Assembly (NCBI GenBank): GCA_045105515.1
Contig: JBGCDR010000156.1
Location: 66,061-130,060 of the forward strand
Reading direction: 5' to 3'
DNA from: Oligoflexales bacterium
GTDB taxonomy: Bacteria > Bdellovibrionota_B > Oligoflexia > Oligoflexales > Bog-1112
Length of the DNA stretch: 64,000 nucleotides
Position 1 is the first letter of the stretch, and each line of letters begins with the position of its first letter. Positions 33,291 to 41,891 of the stretch are shown here, one piece after another. A program made the translations under genes and the position numbers. Under the pieces are notes generated by a model. That model was not told the origin of the DNA. It did not search any database and saw only the letters and a list, made by a program, of their open reading frames with translations.

Positions 33291-33390
33291 TTGCTCCTCC
33301 AAGTTAACGGCAATTAACGATCACCGCCAACACATTCGCACTCAAGGTGCCTTTATTATATCCCGTATTATATACGAACTTACATATAGA

Positions 33391-33465
<75 letters not shown>

Positions 33466-33531
33466 CAACTCTTAAACCTAAAAAAGCAAACCACCTATCA
33501 TCCTTAGATCACAATGGTTCGCATTTAAAAA

Positions 33532-33608
33532 TGGAGCGGGAGACGGGATTCGAACCCGCGACCCTTAGCTTGGAAGGCTAATGCTCTAGCCAGCTGAGCT
33601 ACTCCCGC
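33532..33608 (-). tRNA. tRNA-Gly(TCC)
   Basis: GCGGGAG acceptor, TTAGC-CTTCCAA-GCTAA anticodon arm; encoded CCA. Confidence 0.97.
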
Positions 33609-33616
33609 TTAATGTA

Positions 33617-33702
33617 TGGTGGAGGGGATAGGTTTCGAACCTATGTAGACCGAAGTCAGCGGGTTTACAGCCCGCCCCCTTTGACCACTCGGGCACCCCT
33701 CC
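33617..33702 (-). tRNA. tRNA-Tyr(GTA)
   Basis: GCGGG-CTGTAAA-CCCGC anticodon arm, long variable arm, encoded CCA. Confidence 0.97.
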
Positions 33703-33704
33703 AT

Positions 33705-33780
33705 TGGAGCTGGCTATAGGAGTCGAACCTACGACCTGCTGATTACAAATCAGCTGCTCTACCAACTGAGCTAAGCCAGC
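33705..33780 (-). tRNA. tRNA-Thr(TGT)
   Basis: GCTGA-TTTGTAA-TCAGC anticodon arm; encoded CCA; only 2 nt from tRNA-Tyr. Confidence 0.97.
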
Positions 33781-33856
33781 AACTATCTTGCAAGGATCAA
33801 ATTTTTTGATACCTATCAGATATGGAACAACTAACTATATTAGCTTCCGAAAAAGG

Positions 33857-34663
33857 TCAAGGGTTCTTCATCTTTATTTTACTTTTTTGACCAAAATGGA
33901 AAGCGCGGAGCAAAATCCCTCCCGCCACACTAACATTAAGAGAATCCAGACAATGTTGACTGCCTTCGATTCCAACAAATAAATCGCAAGTTTTTCTAAC
34001 TAGGGGCGATAAACCCTTATCTTCAGCACCTAAAACTAAAACAACTTTTTCATATTTAGCTTGAATAGTTTCCAAACACTCACCACCCACTTCACAACCA
34101 ATAATCCAATACCCTTGACTCTTGAGTGATTCCAGCGACCTCACTAAATTAGTAATCATAACCAGGTTTGTTAGGGCAAAAGCTCCTTGCGACGTAGCTA
34201 CTGATGCATCGGTAAGTTTGACCTGTCGATTCTTAGCGATTAGAATTTCTTCAACTCCGAAAAAAGCACAGGTTCTAGCTAACGCACCCAAATTCCTCGG
34301 ATCAGTAATATGGTCCAAGGCCAATATGACATCAGTTTGCCGGTTTGCAACACGCTCTTTAAGATCGGCTTCCTGAAGAGGGATAATACTAACATCAGCG
34401 CTAAAACTAAGTTCTGAATTAGAATCAGCTATGTTATCAGCATATTCAACCCTATCTAAGATTTCAGGACAAAGTTTTTCAATCTTATGCTTATGCTTAG
34501 GTAGGCAATGCACCTTAATGATTGCTGCAGGCTTATGTTTGACGTAGTCCACTAAAGCTGACAAACTATCGATTTTAAAAATATTTGTTTGGGTATTGTT
34601 AACATCTTTGCTTCGGGAAGGCCGTTTGTTGTCAAACCGCTTGGATTTTGAGCGTTGGATCAT
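33857..34663 (-). CDS. TrmH/SpoU family RNA 2'-O-methyltransferase (RlmB-like)
   Basis: LDHITDPRNLGALART, LGAEDKGL, DSLNVSVAGGI. Confidence 0.9.
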   Translation of the reverse strand: MIQRSKSKRFDNKRPSRSKDVNNTQTNIFKIDSLSALVDYVKHKPAAIIKVHCLPKHKHKIEKLCPEILDRVEYADNIADSNSELSFSADVSIIPLQEADLKERVANRQTDVILALDHITDPRNLGALARTCAFFGVEEILIAKNRQVKLTDASVATSQGAFALTNLVMITNLVRSLESLKSQGYWIIGCEVGGECLETIQAKYEKVVLVLGAEDKGLSPLVRKTCDLFVGIEGSQHCLDSLNVSVAGGILLRAFHFGQKSKIKMKNP

Positions 34664-35898
34664 TTGCGAATAAAGTCCTTGTACACACTTTTTATTTTTT
34701 TGGCGCCGTCATAACTCAAACGATCGGAAGCAATTTGCATTGAAAAACGCATCAGACTATCTACATCCGACTCAAAAATCTGAGTTCGTGTCGCAACCGT
34801 TATGCACTGATTAAAAATATGGTGCAAGGACTCTGTATGTAAAAATCCATAATCATCTAAGAAAACAACAGGACAGTCTTCCTCATTAAGTTGATAAACC
34901 ATGGACCTTAACTCTTGAACAGGATAATCTAAGCCTTCAAATTCAAAAAGCTGACGTTGCTCTTGGATCAAAAACTCATACATATTGATTTTACTCTTAA
35001 GGGGGAGAATGTGATAAACCCCACCCGGCAACTTAAATCGCTTCATAAAGCCTATTTCACAGAAACCCTCATTTGCTAGCAGCATTAGCGCAGATAATGT
35101 GTACAAAGGCTGAACCTTTGACTTTCTAATTAAACTACCAAGATCATTGCATTCATGAGCAAAGCGCAAAACATCACCCAAAAATGTCCCTTGAGGATAA
35201 ATACTAAAGCCTGATCGTTCATCGAGCAAAGAAACAGTACAACTTGCACTAAGCCTCTTCTCAAACCCGCGATACATGCTTCCAAAACCTAAACACTTAT
35301 CTAAGAATCCTAAACTACCCTCTTCAAAATGCACTTCTGAAGGAGGAAGATAATTTGGATAGAAACCAACACTTATAAATGACTCCATGAAAATTGATCT
35401 AACGATTTGCAAAACCTGCGCTTTAAGCGAATGCCAAAGTTTGAGGTGGTCAAACAAGCCGGTTGAAACCAAGATTTGACCAAATTTACGTTCTCGAGTG
35501 ACTTGTGCTGTGCTAGTCGTAAGTTCTTCCAATGAGAGGTCACCATCACGATAAATAACTTCACCCAAGCGATCATCAACAAGGTTAGACCTCGCAAAAA
35601 CCATTTCTCCTTGAGCCAAATAAATCATCTTAAGGCCTAAAGCCGTATCGACAGCAACCATCCCAGTCCATTTCTGCGAAACATAGCCTCGCAAAATGTC
35701 AGCGAAAGTTTCTACAGCCAACCAACCAAAACCATTTTTATAATGCATTTCAGGAAGTTGATTTCCTTCATGTGACAACAGAATTTTGTTTCGACTAAAG
35801 GGGAAAGCAGTCCATTCCTCTTCACCATTTTTTTCGTTTTCTATGCCGTCAATAATTAGCTGATGGCCATTGCGACTAATTTTAACGTCTTCATTCAT
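34660..35898 (-). CDS. DUF4388/PATAN-like domain protein with tandem MshEN-like repeats
   Basis: KWTGMVAV..KMIYLAQGEMVFARSN followed by RLGEVIYRDGDL and KFGQILVSTGLF..L...L..Q. Confidence 0.65.
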   Translation of the reverse strand: MNEDVKISRNGHQLIIDGIENEKNGEEEWTAFPFSRNKILLSHEGNQLPEMHYKNGFGWLAVETFADILRGYVSQKWTGMVAVDTALGLKMIYLAQGEMVFARSNLVDDRLGEVIYRDGDLSLEELTTSTAQVTRERKFGQILVSTGLFDHLKLWHSLKAQVLQIVRSIFMESFISVGFYPNYLPPSEVHFEEGSLGFLDKCLGFGSMYRGFEKRLSASCTVSLLDERSGFSIYPQGTFLGDVLRFAHECNDLGSLIRKSKVQPLYTLSALMLLANEGFCEIGFMKRFKLPGGVYHILPLKSKINMYEFLIQEQRQLFEFEGLDYPVQELRSMVYQLNEEDCPVVFLDDYGFLHTESLHHIFNQCITVATRTQIFESDVDSLMRFSMQIASDRLSYDGAKKIKSVYKDFIRK

Positions 35899-35916
35899 GT
35901 AGTCCCTCCCAGGCTC

Positions 35917-37302
35917 TCAAATTTTCAATCTTTTTAGGTCGATACCGAAATTTCGGAGTTTTCGATGCAAGTTACTGCGTTCTACCCCAATTGCTTCGGC
36001 AGTTTTTGATATGTTCCACCCATGCTCTTCTAGCTTTTCAATGATAAAAGATTTTTCGAAATGACTCCTAGCCTCTTTAAGAGTGGCGGAAGAATTTAAT
36101 TCATTTAAATTTTCTGAATCTGCCTTACATTCCTTGATATATTCGGGCAAATCTTCAGCTTCTATTCCTCGAGTAGTAACTAAAATACTCAGTCGCTCAA
36201 CCAGGTTTCGAAGCTCACGCACATTGCCAGGCCAGTGATAACGAACGAGGTTATTTTCTGCATCTGAGGTAAAAAATTTAGCAGGCTCTCCTAACTCTAG
36301 GCTAAGTTGTTCAAGAAAAAAGTTGGCAAGAACGAGTATGTCCTTCCCCCTCTCTCGCAAGGATGTAAGGTGAATGGGAATCACATTCAAGCGATAAAAG
36401 AGATCTTCTCGGAAACGCCCAATCCTAATCTCCTCCTGCAAATCCTTATTTGTTGCAGCAATTACTCTAACATCCACTTCAATAGTCTGCGTGTCACCAA
36501 GTCGTTCAAAGTTTTGTTCTTGCAGAATTCTAAGCACTTTAGCCTGAGTCTTTAGTGACATATCACCAATCTCATCAAGAAATAAGGTTCCTTGGTGAGC
36601 AAGTTCAAACTTTCCTTTTTTGGAACTTAATGCATTGGTAAATGCCCCTTTAGCATGGCCGAAGAGTTCACTTTCGATTAGCTCTTCTGGTATAGCAGCA
36701 CAATTTACTGCTACGAATGACTTGTCACCTCTTGTGCTCTGAAGATGAATATTCCTTGCAACAACTTCCTTGCCAGTTCCGTTTTCACCGGTAATTAACA
36801 CCCAGCTATTTCGAGGTGCTACAACCTTAATTTTGCGATGAATTGCTCCAATCGACTCAGATTCGCCAATCAACTCATAGGAATGATCTCGGAGGTTATT
36901 GCCATGCTCTCTCAAACTTTGGAGCTTAGCAGCATGTTCAATCATGGGTATTAGCTTTTCAAGAGACAAGGGTTTTTCCAGAAAATCGAAAGCACCCAAC
37001 TTAGTTGCCTTAACCGCAGTCTCAATAGTTCCATGTCCGCTCATGATGACAATTGGTACTTCACCCTTGATCTCTTTCAGCTTTTGCAGTGTCTGGATTC
37101 CATCCAGACCTTTCATCCAAACATCGAGAAGAACCAAATCTACATGATTATTTTTATAGTAATTAATACCTTCTCTACCTGAGGAAGCAGTTAGACTCTT
37201 CCAGCCCTCGTCTGAAAAAACTCCCGCAAGTGTGGAGCAAATACTTCTTTCATCGTCAATGATAAGTGCTAATGGCTTTGCCTGATTCTGCCTTTGTCCC
37301 AT
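35917..37302 (-). CDS. Sigma54-dependent response regulator (NtrX/NtrC family)
   Basis: REC (IIDDE, LLDVWM), GENGTGKE, ESELFGH..GAFTNA, FLDEIG, WPGNVREL, Fis-type HTH. Confidence 0.95.
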   Translation of the reverse strand: MGQRQNQAKPLALIIDDERSICSTLAGVFSDEGWKSLTASSGREGINYYKNNHVDLVLLDVWMKGLDGIQTLQKLKEIKGEVPIVIMSGHGTIETAVKATKLGAFDFLEKPLSLEKLIPMIEHAAKLQSLREHGNNLRDHSYELIGESESIGAIHRKIKVVAPRNSWVLITGENGTGKEVVARNIHLQSTRGDKSFVAVNCAAIPEELIESELFGHAKGAFTNALSSKKGKFELAHQGTLFLDEIGDMSLKTQAKVLRILQEQNFERLGDTQTIEVDVRVIAATNKDLQEEIRIGRFREDLFYRLNVIPIHLTSLRERGKDILVLANFFLEQLSLELGEPAKFFTSDAENNLVRYHWPGNVRELRNLVERLSILVTTRGIEAEDLPEYIKECKADSENLNELNSSATLKEARSHFEKSFIIEKLEEHGWNISKTAEAIGVERSNLHRKLRNFGIDLKRLKI

Positions 37303-37315
37303 ATTTTCACCTAAC

Positions 37316-39589
37316 TTATACTCTATTACTCTCTTCGCCTTTTCTTACAGGCAGTTCGATGATAATCATGGTTCCAAATGGTTGATTTGCCAATATACGC
37401 AGGTAACCACCGTGATCGCTGACTATCTGATTTACAATGGCAAGCCCCAAGCCTGTGCCTTCATCCTTAGTAGAAAAATACGGTTCTAGTACCCGATCGT
37501 GAAGTTCCTTGGGTATCCCACAGCCATTGTCAGCTATTTCAACTCTAACGGTTTGTAGATCCTTAAGATAGTAGCAAGAAAGATTTATCTGGCCCTTTCT
37601 GCCTTCTTCAAAAGAAGCTAGAGCGTTTGTAAAAATATTAACAAATGCCCTATTTAGCTGCTCCTTGTCTATGAGAATACTTGGTGTATCCTGTACCCTA
37701 TTATAATTTATAGATATTTCAGGATAGCTTACGCTAAAAAACTTTGCTACATCTTCTAGAATTGGATTTATCTTAGCCGCTCTTGGCTGAATACGCGGCA
37801 TTCGTGAAAACTTTGAAAACTCATTAACAAGATCTCTCAATGAATCGACTTGAGTAATAATGGTTTCGATACAGTCACCAAATATTTCGTAATCTTCAGC
37901 CTTAAACTTATTGTGAAACTTCCTCAAGAGCCTTTGTGCACTTAACTTAATAGGTGTAATCGGGTTTTTAATTTCGTGGGCAATTCTTCTTGCGACTTCT
38001 CTCCATGCAGCAACCCTTTGAGCGCGGACTTGTTCTTGGGCATCATCGAATACGACTACAATCCCCATTTCTATATCCTCATCATAAATTCTGCTAGCAT
38101 TGATGATCAAATTTACATCATAACCATATTGACATAGATCATTTTGCAACCTAAAACTGGTCCGATTGCTCAAACCCTCTAAGATCGGCACCCAAAAAAC
38201 TTCATACAATGAACCTGAAAAGCCTTTTTTTAGGCTAACACCATTTAGTTGTTTTCCATTTATCCTTAGCAAACGTTCGGCTGCAGCATTAACCGAGGTA
38301 ACTTTTTTTTGAGAATCTAAGGAAATGACTCCAGCTGTAATATGCTTAAGCACAATTTCCATATACTGACGTCTCTGCTCAAGCTCCTCATTGCTCTTTT
38401 GTAAAAAAAACTGAGCTTCTAAGGTGTTTTTTTGATGCTCTCGTAAATCCTTAGTCATATGATTAAAAGCTTGAACAAGCTGCCCTGTCTCATCGTCTGT
38501 TTTTGCCTTCAAAGTTACATCATAGTTGCCTAGAGCCACTTCACGAGTCGCTCCGGCAAGGCTTTGCAATGGACCGGTTATAGCTCGAGCCACGTAAAAT
38601 CCCATCCAAATCGCTGAAAAGACAATAAGGAGCGTAATTACGATCATCAAAATCATATAGCTAAGTCTGATCAGCTGAGCCCCTGGTTTTAAATTTCCAA
38701 AATCTGAGATAATTTTTTCAATGCTTTTTAAGATACGAGTTTCAAACCTTACTTCAGTAAGTACCAAGCCTAAAAGTCGGTTGGAATATGGGTCTCTTAA
38801 GGGTGCTGCTCCCTTTACCACGTCCTGACTTTCTTCACCCACAACCGTACTATGATCGCCTAATTCAGGCTTGGTCAAAAACAATCTTATTGATTCGAAA
38901 ACATACCTATCATGCTTTTCGGGTACCTCGGAGCCAAATCCTCGCTTTGAATTCCATATTTGAGTTCCTGCGACGTCATATACTTTTACCGCATTGAGTC
39001 CATATTCCTTGTCAAAACCCACCAAGTTTGATGGATCAATGTAAGGTGATTCATCCCATAAAAGGTCAATATCCTGATCGATGTGGACTCGCTGAAGTGC
39101 TATCCTAGCAAGACTCTGAAGACGCTTTTGATCTTGCTTGTAAATTAAAGAGCCAGCCTCCCTTGTATCCTGCATGGTTATTTTAACTTTTTCTGAGAAC
39201 CATGTTTCAAAGCTGGTAGTGACAAACTTCATTGAAACATAAAATAGGAGTATCGTTGGAGCAAGAGCAAAGAAAACCAAAGAAAAAACAAGCTTTGTCC
39301 GCAACTTAGAGCCAACAACTCCTCTTCGTCGCTCAACAATCAGCCTAGTAACATTTCTAAAAATAAGAAAGCTTAGAAATAAAATCAGGATAACGTTAAT
39401 ATTGATTAGAGCAAAATATGCAAGTGTGGTGAAAAACTCACGGTTTTCAGATAAAGTCTCACTTAAAGAAAATAGGCGCGTTTCTAGACGTGACAAGGCT
39501 AGAAGAAGTGCCGCTGCAAAAAAAACAGCGACCACTTCCAGCATTCTTTTACGTTCTTCTTGTGATGATGACTTAAGTAAATTCTTCAC
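37316..39589 (-). CDS. NtrY-like membrane sensor histidine kinase (HAMP, PAS, HisKA, HATPase)
   Basis: AAWREVARRIAHEIKNPITPIKLSAQRL, DNGCG, PYFSTK..GTGLGL. Confidence 0.95.
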   Translation of the reverse strand: MKNLLKSSSQEERKRMLEVVAVFFAAALLLALSRLETRLFSLSETLSENREFFTTLAYFALININVILILFLSFLIFRNVTRLIVERRRGVVGSKLRTKLVFSLVFFALAPTILLFYVSMKFVTTSFETWFSEKVKITMQDTREAGSLIYKQDQKRLQSLARIALQRVHIDQDIDLLWDESPYIDPSNLVGFDKEYGLNAVKVYDVAGTQIWNSKRGFGSEVPEKHDRYVFESIRLFLTKPELGDHSTVVGEESQDVVKGAAPLRDPYSNRLLGLVLTEVRFETRILKSIEKIISDFGNLKPGAQLIRLSYMILMIVITLLIVFSAIWMGFYVARAITGPLQSLAGATREVALGNYDVTLKAKTDDETGQLVQAFNHMTKDLREHQKNTLEAQFFLQKSNEELEQRRQYMEIVLKHITAGVISLDSQKKVTSVNAAAERLLRINGKQLNGVSLKKGFSGSLYEVFWVPILEGLSNRTSFRLQNDLCQYGYDVNLIINASRIYDEDIEMGIVVVFDDAQEQVRAQRVAAWREVARRIAHEIKNPITPIKLSAQRLLRKFHNKFKAEDYEIFGDCIETIITQVDSLRDLVNEFSKFSRMPRIQPRAAKINPILEDVAKFFSVSYPEISINYNRVQDTPSILIDKEQLNRAFVNIFTNALASFEEGRKGQINLSCYYLKDLQTVRVEIADNGCGIPKELHDRVLEPYFSTKDEGTGLGLAIVNQIVSDHGGYLRILANQPFGTMIIIELPVRKGEESNRV

Positions 39590-40302
39590 TTTATTTCTAC
39601 ATGTAAAGGAATTTTTGCGAAAACATGAGACCGGTGTTTAAACCTAATTTCATAATACTCTAGCGACTGAGGTGAAGCACGCTTAACTTTACCAAGCTCA
39701 ACAACTTGAAAGGTAATATGATCTAAATTCTTGATATTTGTTACAACCCTTCCCACCTTAAAGAGGTCTGCCGCTCTTAATTTAATGGTTTCACCTTCAC
39801 GCATTACTCGTTGTTGATTGTTCACCTGGATATCCACATAACTCAAAGCAGGTTCCAACCTCCTGAGGTAAGCATAACCGTGTAAGAGCTTTTTACTAGC
39901 TGCGGCAATAAAAAAAACCTCGCCAGCTTCATCAACTGCCCATTGTTTCTTATCAAGAGTTTTTGAAGTATCTATCAAGAAGCCCAAATCATTGCGATTT
40001 CCTGGTTTTATGGGATGCCTAAAACCAACTAAATTGACCTCGGTAGGTTTATGCTCACCCGCTCGTAATTTGGCTGCTTTAATTTTAAGCTCATCACCAC
40101 GAACATAACTTAAGATCTGTTTATTTTTTAATATTTTGTTTTCTCCATTATGCTCTACAATAAAATAGTCTAGTTCTTCGGTAAGTTTCGTAGGACCCCT
40201 CATAATGCTATAATACTGAGGCATTTTAAAAGAGACTAGGAACGAACTTAGTAGTAGGATAATCCATCGTTGTTCTAGCCACTGTTGCATGCTCATAACC
40301 AT
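39586..40302 (-). CDS. Hypothetical exported protein
   Basis: N-terminal hydrophobic segment; 4-nt overlap with the kinase start. Confidence 0.65.
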   Translation of the reverse strand: MVMSMQQWLEQRWIILLLSSFLVSFKMPQYYSIMRGPTKLTEELDYFIVEHNGENKILKNKQILSYVRGDELKIKAAKLRAGEHKPTEVNLVGFRHPIKPGNRNDLGFLIDTSKTLDKKQWAVDEAGEVFFIAAASKKLLHGYAYLRRLEPALSYVDIQVNNQQRVMREGETIKLRAADLFKVGRVVTNIKNLDHITFQVVELGKVKRASPQSLEYYEIRFKHRSHVFAKIPLHVEIK

Positions 40303-40399
40303 GGGCTCCTATGCATAGGTTTGGGTTTTTAGATTTGCAACTGTTTAACCATAGGTTAACTTAGTCTCGATCATACCATACACTGAATAGGGTCTATTC

Positions 40400-41341
40400 A
40401 TGGATTCAAGTGAATCAACGCTCGAAGAGTTTTCAAGTTATTTGAAGTCGAAGGGCAAGCAGCTGGCTACAATTGAGTCTTATTCGAGAGACGCTAAGAG
40501 TTTTCTGAAGTTTCTAGGCACTCACCGCATAACCTTTATCAACTTAGAGCCTGCCTCACTCATTTCATATCAACAGCATCTATGGCACCAAAACGTAAAG
40601 ATCAATTCCATCAGACGTGCAATGATTGGTATCAAGCAATTTATTCGCTTTCTTTTGGAAGAGAAAGACCTAGGTACTAACCCGTTTGAAGATATTCCCT
40701 TACCCGCCCGCGATGAAGAATTACGAGGAGAAGTTGAACACATTGATATATTGAACCTCATTGCAATCGCAAATTCTCAGACTAGCCAACTAAAGAGTAA
40801 GCGTGATGCTGCTTTGCTCTCACTTTTATCTTTTGAAGGTCTGAAATTGAGCGAAATTATCAACCTTACATGGAATGATTTTCTTGCCAATCAAGGCTTA
40901 GCATCTTTGCGAATTGTTGGAAATCGCTCTAGAATTTTAGGAACTTGTAGTGAAAGCACCAAGTGGCTTTGTAGCTATCAAAGCCAGCTTAAGGCTTGCT
41001 TCCCAGCAAACTCCTTCCCCCACCTCTACAAAAGGATGTTTATTGCTTTTAAAGGCCGCGATAGCGAAAACCCTGAGGAAAAGATCTCAAGGCACGGATT
41101 GAAGTTTATGCTGTATGAATTAGGTGATCTAGCTCAAATAAAAAAGCTCAACTCCGAACTTTTACGTCACTATGCGATCCACTACCAAATCCTTTTAGGA
41201 AGAACTCCAGAGGAAATTATGAAGCATTTTGGTTTAAGGCGACTAGGAAACATCGCAAAACATTTTACCAAGCACCTCCCTTCTAGCACCCCCCATTTGG
41301 AGAAGAAGCCAAATATCATAAGAGAGCGCACAATTGATTGA
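40400..41341 (+). CDS. XerC/XerD-like tyrosine recombinase-fold protein lacking catalytic residues
   Basis: SAM-like N-domain (TIESYSRD, SIRRAMIGIKQFIRFL..NPF), RDAALLSLL..GLKLSE, LLRHY; most of R-K-H-R-H-Y is replaced. Confidence 0.8.
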   Translation: MDSSESTLEEFSSYLKSKGKQLATIESYSRDAKSFLKFLGTHRITFINLEPASLISYQQHLWHQNVKINSIRRAMIGIKQFIRFLLEEKDLGTNPFEDIPLPARDEELRGEVEHIDILNLIAIANSQTSQLKSKRDAALLSLLSFEGLKLSEIINLTWNDFLANQGLASLRIVGNRSRILGTCSESTKWLCSYQSQLKACFPANSFPHLYKRMFIAFKGRDSENPEEKISRHGLKFMLYELGDLAQIKKLNSELLRHYAIHYQILLGRTPEEIMKHFGLRRLGNIAKHFTKHLPSSTPHLEKKPNIIRERTID

Positions 41342-41783
41342 ACCTATGGAAAAAGCTATACAATTGGCACATCAGGCCAGTAAACAAGGTGAAGTCCCAG
41401 TAGGCGCCGTAGTAGTTTACGACTCTAAAATCATTGGGCAGGGCTATAACACTAAGGAATCTAGTCAACTAGTCTCTAGTCACGCTGAAATGATTGCCAT
41501 AGAACAAGCCTGTAAGTATTTAGGCTCATGGAGGCTTAACAACTGCCACCTTTTTGTAACTCTTGAGCCTTGCTTGATGTGTGCTGGAGCAATTTACCAA
41601 GCACGATTCAAAGAAGTGACAATTGGAGCAAAGGACCCAAAGGCTGGTGCTTTAGGTAGTCTTTATGAAGTTCATAAAGATCAAAGGCTCAATCATAATT
41701 TTCCTGTAAATCAACATGAACTTGCAGAAGATTGCGCCCAATTGCTTAAGGATTTTTTCAGAAAACGTAGAATAAAAACCTAA
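41334..41783 (+). CDS. tadA: tRNA adenosine(34) deaminase
   Basis: GEVPVGAV, HAE, TLEPCLMCAGA, DPKAGA, LNH, FFRKRR; start TTG 41334 or ATG 41346. Confidence 0.93.
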   Translation: MIEPMEKAIQLAHQASKQGEVPVGAVVVYDSKIIGQGYNTKESSQLVSSHAEMIAIEQACKYLGSWRLNNCHLFVTLEPCLMCAGAIYQARFKEVTIGAKDPKAGALGSLYEVHKDQRLNHNFPVNQHELAEDCAQLLKDFFRKRRIKT

Positions 41784-41891
41784 GTGCTCACTCCGAATCT
41801 AAGACCATTTACGATCCTAACATATGCTAAAATAAAAGTTCAAAGCTCAATTAATACAATTTGATAGCCATATATACCAAGAAAGACTGCT

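Noticed and set aside
40400..41783. Integron or prophage integrase locus, or a deaminase defence system
   Set aside because: No attC/att repeats, cassettes or phage genes; the recombinase lacks catalytic residues and the deaminase is a canonical TadA.
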